NCBI GenBank assembly: GCA_003222135.1 | Contig: QHUM01000046.1 | Coordinates: 1,664-65,663, forward strand | From: Gemmatimonadota bacterium | GTDB taxonomy: Bacteria; Gemmatimonadota; Gemmatimonadetes; Gemmatimonadales; GWC2-71-9 | Direction of reading: 5' to 3' | DNA: 64,000 nucleotides | In this document: positions 16,522-23,261 of the stretch, one piece after another | Position numbering within the stretch: the stretch's first letter is position 1 | Layout of the letters: every line of letters begins with the position of its first letter | Notes under the pieces: generated by a model | The model's input: only the letters and a program-made list of their open reading frames with translations | What the model was told of the DNA's origin: nothing | Database searches by the model: none | Program-made: the position numbers and the translations under genes

Positions 16522-17703
16522 ATGCGTCTTCTCAGCGCCCTGTTGGTCGCTCCCGTGTGGCTGGCCGCCCAGAGCGCGCCTTCGGCACCGGCAGACACGA
16601 CGGACAAGAAGGCCGCCGCGCCCCCGCCGCCTGCGCCGACCGTTAACCACCTCGAGACCACGCTGGCCGGCTTCAAGCTGTCCGGCTTCGCGGAGGCGTC
16701 GTACGCCTACTCGGGGCGCAGCCTCGGCGACACGGCGATCGTCGGGCGGCTGTACGATCGGCTGCAGAACCGCTTCGCCCTCAACGCGCTCGCCGTGGTG
16801 CTCGACCGGCCCTACGATCCGGCGAAGTTCAGCGCCGGGTTCCACACCGAGCTATTGGTGGGCCAGGACGCGACCGTAATCCAGTCGAATGGGCTCTTCG
16901 CGGGCGCCGCGACGCCGGTCCCGGTCGACGTGCCACATCTCTACGTCACGTTGAACGTTCCGACCGCCAGTGGCAACGGGCTGCAGTTCAAGGTCGGGCG
17001 GATTCCCACGCTCCTGGGCCTCGAGGTAATCGAGACCTACGCCAACCCCAACTGGTCGGAGGGGAACCAGTTCATCTACGTGGAGAACTTCACCGCGCTC
17101 GGGGTGAGCGTGGAGACGAAGTTCAACAACCATCTGGACGCACAGTTCCGTTTGATCAACGGCTGGGACCAGGTCGCGGACAACAACGGCCGCAAGTCCC
17201 TGATGGGACGAGTCGGGATCTATCCCGATGCGGCGACGTCGCTCGGCATCGTGGGGTTCTGGGGGCCCGAGGAAGCGAACATCAACAATGCCAACCGGTA
17301 CGGCGTCGAGGGGTTGCTGTGGCGCAAGCTCGGCAAGGCGGCCGTCTGGGTTCAGGGGGATTACGGGAAGGAGCAAGCCAACGCGGCGTTGCCCGATCCG
17401 ACGAAGGACGCGCAGTGGGTGGCGCTGGGTGGCTGGGTCACGTACGACTTCACGTCATCCGTCGGTTTGGCGCTGCGCGGCGACTACGTGAACGATCAGG
17501 ACGGCGCCCGCACCAGCGGCGTATTCGGTTTCCCAGCAAACGCGGGACAGAAGTTCGGCAGCGGCACGGCGACGTTGAACATCCGTGCCTGGCCGGACGC
17601 CGTGGTCCGGCCCGAGCTCCGGTACGACCGCTCGACCCTGGCGGCGTTCGCCGGCAAGAAGGATCAGGTCACGTTCGCGCTGGCTGTCGCGTATCTGTAC
17701 TGA
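16522..17703 (+). CDS. outer-membrane beta-barrel porin (OmpL-like putative porin family)
   Basis: Signal peptide MRLLSALLVAPVWLAAQ, an alternating amphipathic pattern and an aromatic C-terminus (VAYLY). It is the third gene after amtB-glnK. Confidence 0.6.
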   Translation: MRLLSALLVAPVWLAAQSAPSAPADTTDKKAAAPPPPAPTVNHLETTLAGFKLSGFAEASYAYSGRSLGDTAIVGRLYDRLQNRFALNALAVVLDRPYDPAKFSAGFHTELLVGQDATVIQSNGLFAGAATPVPVDVPHLYVTLNVPTASGNGLQFKVGRIPTLLGLEVIETYANPNWSEGNQFIYVENFTALGVSVETKFNNHLDAQFRLINGWDQVADNNGRKSLMGRVGIYPDAATSLGIVGFWGPEEANINNANRYGVEGLLWRKLGKAAVWVQGDYGKEQANAALPDPTKDAQWVALGGWVTYDFTSSVGLALRGDYVNDQDGARTSGVFGFPANAGQKFGSGTATLNIRAWPDAVVRPELRYDRSTLAAFAGKKDQVTFALAVAYLY

Positions 17704-18530
17704 GGCTGGCGAAAGAACCGGTACAGCAGCCAGAGGTCGAGCAGGCCCACCGCGCCCAGGACCGAGAACGCGGCGCCGCTGTCGATGAGGTGGAGCTGTC
17801 GCAGCAGGGTCGAGATGCCATAGCCGACGACCCAGGCGTCGAAGCTCATGCAGACGCGCCGGAAGGTTTCCGGTCGCACGTGCCGAATGACGCGCCCGCC
17901 GAGCGGGATCCCGACGATGAGGCTCGGGAGGATGTAGGGGAGCAGACCGGCGCTCTCGACCGTGAACATGCCGGCCACGTAGTACGCCGCGGCGGTGAAG
18001 GTCGATTCGGCGAGCCGGACGAGGCCCAGCCCCGCTCGGAAGTCCTGCTTGGCGAGTCCCTGGTTGCTCAACATCACGGCCAACGGCGGGCCGGAGATCG
18101 TGGTGACGGAGTACAGCACGCCGAGGCCGCTCCCGAAGAGCAGTCCGGCGCGCTGCTCCGCCTTGATCGGTCGGCGAAATCCGGCTGCTTGCAGGAGAAT
18201 CAGCGGCAGCAGGGCGATAAAGGTCGCGAGCTTGAGCCACCCCGGCTGCACCCGGTGCACGAGCGCCGTCCCGAGCACGACGCCCGGTGCCAGGCCGAGC
18301 ACCATCGGCAGGACCCGGCGCCACACCTGGGGGACGCTCGCTCGATTGACCCATAGGACATACGCGTTCAACACCACCTCGACCCATACGAGCGCCGGGT
18401 TGAGGATCCGATTGGTATAGAAGAGGAGGGCCACCGGCGCCGTGATCGACGAGAATCCGTACCCGAGGGATCCGTTGACCGTAGCGGCCAGCAATGTCGT
18501 GAGAACCAGGGCGAACGTGCTCGATGTCAT
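17664..18530 (-). CDS. TauE/SafE-family anion (sulfite/sulfonate) transporter
   Basis: Polytopic membrane protein with GSLGYGFSSITAPVALLF and a second half-repeat GPPLAVML. Start taken at ATG 18530. Confidence 0.8.
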   Translation of the reverse strand: MTSSTFALVLTTLLAATVNGSLGYGFSSITAPVALLFYTNRILNPALVWVEVVLNAYVLWVNRASVPQVWRRVLPMVLGLAPGVVLGTALVHRVQPGWLKLATFIALLPLILLQAAGFRRPIKAEQRAGLLFGSGLGVLYSVTTISGPPLAVMLSNQGLAKQDFRAGLGLVRLAESTFTAAAYYVAGMFTVESAGLLPYILPSLIVGIPLGGRVIRHVRPETFRRVCMSFDAWVVGYGISTLLRQLHLIDSGAAFSVLGAVGLLDLWLLYRFFRQPQYRYATASANVT

Positions 18531-18576
18531 GTCCAGCGAGGTCTGGCTCCCTCTCGTTTCAACGTTGAGGTGATGG

Positions 18577-18618
18577 CACAACAAACAGGCCCGGCGCACC
18601 GTGGGGTGGCCGGGCCTG
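18577..18618 (-). terminator. intrinsic terminator in the tauE leader
   Basis: On the minus strand: CAGGCCCGGC-CACC-CCAC-GGTG-C-GCCGGGCCTG, then TTTGTTGTG. The main stem is 10 bp with a further 4 bp. It ends 46 nt before the tauE ATG. Confidence 0.7.
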
Positions 18619-18653
18619 AAAGCGGCTCGAGTAGCGAAGAAACTAGCGGTTCT

Positions 18654-18746
18654 TCACAACTTCAAGAGGCGCGCTGCCGTGTCCGTCCAACCCTGCAGTT
18701 GGTCGTAGCAACAACAGACCGGGCAACACAGCGGCGTCGCGTGCAT
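18654..18746 (-). CDS. candidate Cys-rich leader peptide (30 aa) for tauE
   Basis: MHATPLCCPVCCCYDQLQGWTDTAARLLKL. Five Cys fall in 7 codons (18708-18728), three of them spelled TGT. The ATG lies about 10 nt after a -10-like box. The stop is 35 nt before the terminator stem. Confidence 0.5.
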   Translation of the reverse strand: MHATPLCCPVCCCYDQLQGWTDTAARLLKL

Positions 18747-18756
18747 GTGATCGGGC

Positions 18757-18785
18757 AAGCTAGGCCGGGCGTTGCGGCGTGTCAA
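18757..18785 (-). promoter_or_regulatory. sigma70-like promoter for the minus-strand leader
   Basis: On the minus strand: TTGACA (18785-18780), a 17-nt spacer, then TAGCTT (18762-18757). Confidence 0.35.
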
Positions 18786-18794
18786 CCGGGCGGG

Positions 18795-18823
18795 TTGACA
18801 GCCGAGCGCTCGGTCCGTAAATA
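18795..18823 (+). promoter_or_regulatory. sigma70-like promoter for the plus-strand leader
   Basis: TTGACA (18795-18800), a 17-nt spacer containing the 12-nt palindrome CCGAGCGCTCGG, then TAAATA (18818-18823). Confidence 0.35.
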
Positions 18824-18833
18824 ACCGGCATCC

Positions 18834-18950
18834 ATGATGACGCACCGCGCCTGCCGCCGTTGTTGTCCGTGTTGTCGGACGATCGACGCTCGCTCCCCGG
18901 GGAGCGGACGCGGTTGCGGCGCTCGAGTGCCGGCCGGCAACGGATGCTGA
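18834..18950 (+). CDS. candidate Cys-rich leader peptide (38 aa) for cysC-cysH-sat
   Basis: MMTHRACRRCCPCCRTIDARSPGSGRGCGARVPAGNGC has 7 Cys, five of them in 8 codons (18852-18875) and four spelled TGT. The ATG lies about 10 nt after the -10 box. Confidence 0.5.
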   Translation: MMTHRACRRCCPCCRTIDARSPGSGRGCGARVPAGNGC

Positions 18951-18977
18951 CCGACTAGTTTAAACGGCACGCGCGTC

Positions 18978-19025
18978 GCAGATCGGGCCCGCTTCCCAAG
19001 AGGGAAGCGGGCCCGCTGCTTTTTT
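18978..19025 (+). terminator. intrinsic terminator in the cysC leader
   Basis: GCAG-(AT)-CGGGCCCGCTTCCC-AAGA-GGGAAGCGGGCCCG-CTGC followed by TTTTTT. It ends 21 nt before the cysC ATG, which has its own GGAGG. Confidence 0.8.
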
Positions 19026-19046
19026 CTCGCTGCGGAGGTTCGAGAG

Positions 19047-19628
19047 ATGGCCCAAGTCGAGTTGGCGAGCGGCAGACGGATCAGGCAGGCGTCGGGCTTT
19101 ACGCTGTGGTTCACCGGCCTGTCAGGCGCGGGAAAGTCCACGCTTGCCGCCGCCGTCAGCCGGGAGCTGCGCCGTCACGGGATCGCGGTCGAAGTCCTGG
19201 ACGGCGACGAAGTGCGCCAGAATCTGTCACAGGGGCTGGGTTTCTCACGTGAAGACCGCGACACCAACATCCGCCGCATCGGCTACGTGGCGAGGCTGCT
19301 CACGCGGAACGGGGTCGCGGTGATCACCGCCGCCATCTCTCCGTACCGCGCGGTGCGCGACGAAGTGCGCCGGGAAGTGGGCGCGTTTGTCGAGGTGCAC
19401 GTGAAGGCCTCGCTCGACGAGTGTATTCGGCGCGATGCGAAGGGGCTGTACCGGCGGGCGCTGGCGGGCGAGATCCCCCACTTCACTGGGGTCTCCGACC
19501 CGTACGAGGAGCCGCTGCGACCCGAGCTGGTCGTGGACACCGAGCGGGAGGACGTCGGCGACAGCGCCACGCGGGTGATCGAGCGCCTCGTCGAGCTCGG
19601 CTATCTCCGGAGCGCGGCCGATGCCTAG
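19047..19628 (+). CDS. cysC: adenylyl-sulfate (APS) kinase
   Basis: P-loop [18 protein letters not shown], plus [27 protein letters not shown]. Confidence 0.95.
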   Translation: MAQVELASGRRIRQASGFTLWFTGLSGAGKSTLAAAVSRELRRHGIAVEVLDGDEVRQNLSQGLGFSREDRDTNIRRIGYVARLLTRNGVAVITAAISPYRAVRDEVRREVGAFVEVHVKASLDECIRRDAKGLYRRALAGEIPHFTGVSDPYEEPLRPELVVDTEREDVGDSATRVIERLVELGYLRSAADA

Positions 19629-20304
19629 CCCGGCGGAGGTGCGCGCGCACGCTCGGGCGCTGCACGGGGCGAGCCCCGAAGCGATTCTGACGTGGGCCGT
19701 CGCGACGTTCCCGCGAAAGGCGGCGCTCACCGTGAGCTTCGGCGGTGGCGGTGTGGTGCTCGCGCACCTGATCGGTCGCATCGACCGGACGGTGCCCGTG
19801 ATGTTCCTGGACACCGGGTTCCATTTCCCGGAGACGTACGCCTTCAAAGACCGGTTCGTCAGGCAATACGGCCTCAATCTCGTCGAGCTGCCTCCGTTGA
19901 CCGACCCCGGACCGCTGTACCGGACCGATCCCGATCGCTGCTGCTGGATCCGTAAGGTCGAGCCGCTCGAGCGGGCGCTCGCGGGGTTCGACGCCTGGAT
20001 CAGCGCCGTGCGGCAGGATCAGACCGACCACCGCGCGGCGACCGAGCTACTCGAGTATCACGAGGTCGCCGGACGCCCCATCGTGAAGGTGTTTCCGCTC
20101 GCTCACTGGAGTCGGGCGGACGTGTGGGACTACATCCGGGAGAACGACGTTCCCTATCACCCGCTGCTCGATCAGGGCTATACGAGTATCGGGTGCTGGC
20201 CCTGCACCAGACCGACGACAGCGGGGGAGCCCGAGCGGGCGGGCCGCTGGGCCGGCACCAGCAAGACCGAGTGCGGGCTCCACACCTTCAGCGTGAAGCG
20301 ATGA
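19621..20304 (+). CDS. cysH: APS/PAPS reductase (Fe-S, APS-reductase-type Cys pattern)
   Basis: [13 protein letters not shown], the Cys pairs [12 protein letters not shown] and GCWPCT, and the catalytic KTECGLH. 8-nt overlap with cysC. Confidence 0.9.
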   Translation: MPSPAEVRAHARALHGASPEAILTWAVATFPRKAALTVSFGGGGVVLAHLIGRIDRTVPVMFLDTGFHFPETYAFKDRFVRQYGLNLVELPPLTDPGPLYRTDPDRCCWIRKVEPLERALAGFDAWISAVRQDQTDHRAATELLEYHEVAGRPIVKVFPLAHWSRADVWDYIRENDVPYHPLLDQGYTSIGCWPCTRPTTAGEPERAGRWAGTSKTECGLHTFSVKR

Positions 20305-21431
20305 GCGTGGACTTGGTCAACCGCGTGATCCCGGAAGACGAACGGGCCGCCGCGCTCGAACGCGCGGGCCGCCTGCCGTCGCTCACGCTCGATCCCCACA
20401 CGATGGCCGATCTCGAGCTGATCGCGACCGGGGGATACAGCCCGCTCACGGGCTTCCTGGGCTCGGCCGACTACCAGCGCGTGATCCACGAGATGCGCCT
20501 CGCCGACGGGCGGCCGTGGCCGCTACCCATCACGCTGCGCGTTGCCGTGGCGCCGGGATTGGGCGATGCGGTGGCGCTGAAGGCACCGGACGGGTCCATC
20601 GTCGGCCTGCTCGACGTGCGGGACGTGTACACCGCTTCCCGCCCGGAGGAGGCGCAGCTGGTCTTTGGCACGCGCGATGCTGCGCATCCCGGCGTGGCCC
20701 AGCTGTACGGGCAGGGCGATCTCGCCGTCGGTGGCGAGGTCTGGTTGCTGCGTCGCACCGTGCCGCCGTTCCCCGAGCTCGCGCTCGATCCAGCCGACAC
20801 GCGGCGGATCTTCGCCGAGCGCGGCTGGCGCACGGTGGTCGGCTTCCAGACTCGCAATCCCGTCCATCGCGCGCACGAGTACATCCAGAAAGCGGCGCTC
20901 GAAATCGTGGACGGCCTGTTGCTGCACCCGCTCGTCGGCCCGACCAAGGAGGACGACATTCCCGCGGACGTCCGCGTTCGGAGCTACCGGGTCCTGCTCG
21001 AGCGCTATTACCCGCCCGACCGGGTACTCCTCGCCGCGTTTCCCGCCGCCATGCGGTACGCGGGGCCGCGGGAAGCCGTCTTCCACGCGCTGGTGCGCAG
21101 GAACTACGGCTGCACCCACTTCATCGTCGGCCGCGACCACGCGGGCGTGGGGAGCTACTACGGCCCGTACGACGCCCAACGGATTTTCCAGCGGTTCCGA
21201 CCGGATGAGCTGGGCATCGAGCCGCTCTGCTTCGAGCACACGTTCTACTGTCGCCGCTGCGGGGCGATGGCTTCGCCCAAGACGTGCCCGCATGACGGAG
21301 ACGCGCGGGTGACGCTCTCCGGCACCAAAGTGCGCGAGCTATTGCGGAGCGGCGAGTTGCCGCCGCCCGAGTTCAGCCGCCCGGAGGTAGCCCGCGTGCT
21401 CGCTGACGGCTTAAAGGAGATACTCGCATGA
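20301..21431 (+). CDS. sat: sulfate adenylyltransferase (ATP sulfurylase, Sat type)
   Basis: Motifs [13 protein letters not shown] and [13 protein letters not shown] 20301 forms an ATGA overlap with the cysH stop. Confidence 0.9.
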   Translation: MSVDLVNRVIPEDERAAALERAGRLPSLTLDPHTMADLELIATGGYSPLTGFLGSADYQRVIHEMRLADGRPWPLPITLRVAVAPGLGDAVALKAPDGSIVGLLDVRDVYTASRPEEAQLVFGTRDAAHPGVAQLYGQGDLAVGGEVWLLRRTVPPFPELALDPADTRRIFAERGWRTVVGFQTRNPVHRAHEYIQKAALEIVDGLLLHPLVGPTKEDDIPADVRVRSYRVLLERYYPPDRVLLAAFPAAMRYAGPREAVFHALVRRNYGCTHFIVGRDHAGVGSYYGPYDAQRIFQRFRPDELGIEPLCFEHTFYCRRCGAMASPKTCPHDGDARVTLSGTKVRELLRSGELPPPEFSRPEVARVLADGLKEILA

Positions 21432-21556
21432 CCGCATCGACCCTCCGCGAGGTCCTCGATCGGCTGGGACGGGCGTTGCGGGAGCGCTGGGCGTGGTATC
21501 GGCGCCAGCAACGCGACGACCGTGAGCGGCACTGGTGGGACGTCTACAACCGGTGA
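21428..21556 (+). CDS. candidate 42-aa Trp/Arg-rich small protein coupled to sat
   Basis: ATGA overlap with the sat stop. Translation is [42 protein letters not shown]. About 36 of 42 third positions are G/C. It is below the ORF-track size cutoff. Confidence 0.35.
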   Translation: MTASTLREVLDRLGRALRERWAWYRRQQRDDRERHWWDVYNR

Positions 21557-21563
21557 CGGGCTG

Positions 21564-23114
21564 TCACCCCCGCCGCCGTAACAACGGCAGCTCGAGCGCA
21601 TCCCGCAGTGCCTGCCAGCTAGCCTCGAGGATGTTCTCCGAGCAGCCGACGGTGCTCCAGCGCTCGTCGCCGCGCGCCGACTCGATGACGACTCGGGGTT
21701 TCGCCGCGGTGCCGAGGTGATCGTCCACGATTCGGACCTTGTAGTCCACGAGGCGCACGTCGGCGAGTTGCGGGTAGTGCGGCACGAGCGTCTCCCGGAC
21801 CGCGCGGTCGAGCGCGTTCACCGGTCCGGCTCCCTCGGCCGTGGCGCGCGTCACCACGTCGCCGACGCGTAGCGTCACGCTCGCCTGTGCCCGCACGGCG
21901 CCACAGCGGTTCTCGACCATGACGGTGTACTCGATCATCTCGAACGGCGCTCGATAGTCGGCGGACGAGCGCCGCAGCAGCATCTCGAACGAGCCTTCGG
22001 CGCCCTCGAACTGGTAGCCGGCGTGCTCGAGCTCCTTGATCCGCTGGAGCACGGCGGCCTCGCGCTCGCCGGCCGGCACGCCCAGCGCCGCGGCACGGAG
22101 GCGCACGGTGCGCCGCCCGGCGAGTTCGCTCACCACTACGCGCATCTCATTTCCCACGAGCGCCGGATCGACGTGCTGGTAGCTCTCGGGAAGCTCGGCC
22201 ACGGCGGCGACGTGTATCCCGCCCTTGTGTGCGAAGGCGCTCCGGCCCACGTAGGGGGCGTGGGGATCGGGGTTCAGGTTCGCGACGGCCGCCACGAAGT
22301 GCGCGGCGTCGCGCAGCTCCCGCAGCCGTTCCGGCGCGAGCACCTGGTAGTCGAGCTTGAGCTGTAGCGTGGCGATCAGCTGGACCAGGTCAAGGTTTCC
22401 GCACCGCTCACCGTATCCATTGAAGGTCCCCTGGACGTGGACGCAGCCGGCCTCGACCGCGGCGAGGGCATTCGCGAGTGCCAGGCCGCTGTCGTTGTGC
22501 GGGTGGATGCCCAGGGGTGCCGTGATCCGGTCCCGCACCTCCCAGACGCGGGCCTCCACGTCGGTGGGGAGGGCGCCGCCGTTGGTATCGCACAGCACGA
22601 CGCAGTCGGCACCCGCGCCCGCGGCGGCGTCGAGCGTCGCCAAGGCATATCCCGGATCGAGCCGATAGCCGTCGAAGAAGTGCTCGGCGTCGTAGATCAC
22701 TTCCTTGCCCAGCGCTTTGAAATGGGTGACGCTGTCGGCGATCATGCGGAGGTTCTCGTCGCGGCTCGTCCGGAGCACGCGGTCGACGTGCAGCGTCGAG
22801 CTCTTGCCCACAAGCGTCACCACCGGCGTCCCGGCTTCGACCAGGGCGCGACAGTTCCCGTCCTCCGCACAGTCGCCGCCCGCGTGCCGGGTCATACCGA
22901 ACGCCGCGATCTTCGCATGGTGCAGCGGGACGCCGGCGATGCGCCGGAAGAACTCCGCGTCCTTGGGATTCGAGCCGGGCCATCCGCCCTCGATGTAGCC
23001 GATCCCGAGCGCGTCCAGCCGGCAGGCGATCCTGACCTTGTCCTCCGCCGAGAGGGAGAGGCCTTCGCGCTGCGTGCCGTCTCGCAGGGTCGTGTCGTAC
23101 AGGATCGGGTTCAT
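21564..23114 (-). CDS. cimA: citramalate synthase / 2-isopropylmalate-synthase-family enzyme
   Basis: MNPILYDTTLRDGTQREGLSLSAEDKVRIACRLDALGIGYIEGGWPGSNPKDAEFF and HPHNDSGLALAN. Length and C-terminal regulatory domain fit CimA (TIGR00977-like). GGAGAG precedes ATG 23114. Confidence 0.8.
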   Translation of the reverse strand: MNPILYDTTLRDGTQREGLSLSAEDKVRIACRLDALGIGYIEGGWPGSNPKDAEFFRRIAGVPLHHAKIAAFGMTRHAGGDCAEDGNCRALVEAGTPVVTLVGKSSTLHVDRVLRTSRDENLRMIADSVTHFKALGKEVIYDAEHFFDGYRLDPGYALATLDAAAGAGADCVVLCDTNGGALPTDVEARVWEVRDRITAPLGIHPHNDSGLALANALAAVEAGCVHVQGTFNGYGERCGNLDLVQLIATLQLKLDYQVLAPERLRELRDAAHFVAAVANLNPDPHAPYVGRSAFAHKGGIHVAAVAELPESYQHVDPALVGNEMRVVVSELAGRRTVRLRAAALGVPAGEREAAVLQRIKELEHAGYQFEGAEGSFEMLLRRSSADYRAPFEMIEYTVMVENRCGAVRAQASVTLRVGDVVTRATAEGAGPVNALDRAVRETLVPHYPQLADVRLVDYKVRIVDDHLGTAAKPRVVIESARGDERWSTVGCSENILEASWQALRDALELPLLRRRG

Positions 23115-23146
23115 GTCGCTCTCCGTGTGTTCCACAGCCTATCGAC

Positions 23147-23177
23147 AAAAAAGTCGGCCTCTCGATGTGAGAGGCCG
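23147..23177 (-). terminator. intrinsic terminator after gltB
   Basis: On the minus strand: CGGCCTCTC-ACATC-GAGAGGCCG followed by ACTTTTTT. It lies 85 nt after the gltB stop. Confidence 0.75.
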
Positions 23178-23261
23178 CGTTGCCCGTGGCGCCGCGCTGT
23201 GCTCGTCAGCGGAACGCCGGCACGCTGCCTCTCGTCGAACGCGGGGTGGCGATGGCAATCA

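Noticed and set aside
18654-18845. 63-aa version of the minus-strand leader ORF (start at 18845)
   Set aside because: It would begin upstream of its own predicted promoter and overlap the plus-strand leader ATG. The internal ATG 18746 sits symmetrically to the plus-strand leader and directly after a -10 box.
18600-19030. Possible housekeeping ncRNA (tmRNA, RNase P, SRP, 6S) or SAM riboswitch in the long tauE-cysC gap
   Set aside because: No GGTTCGA T-arm/CCA end, no GAGGAAAGTCC RNase P core and no SRP tetraloop helix are present. GAGTGCCGGCCGGCAACGG weakly recalls the GGCAACC of SAM-I/IV, but the rest of the core (AUCNAGAG, GGUGC..A..CC) is absent. The Cys-leader interpretation explains the region better.
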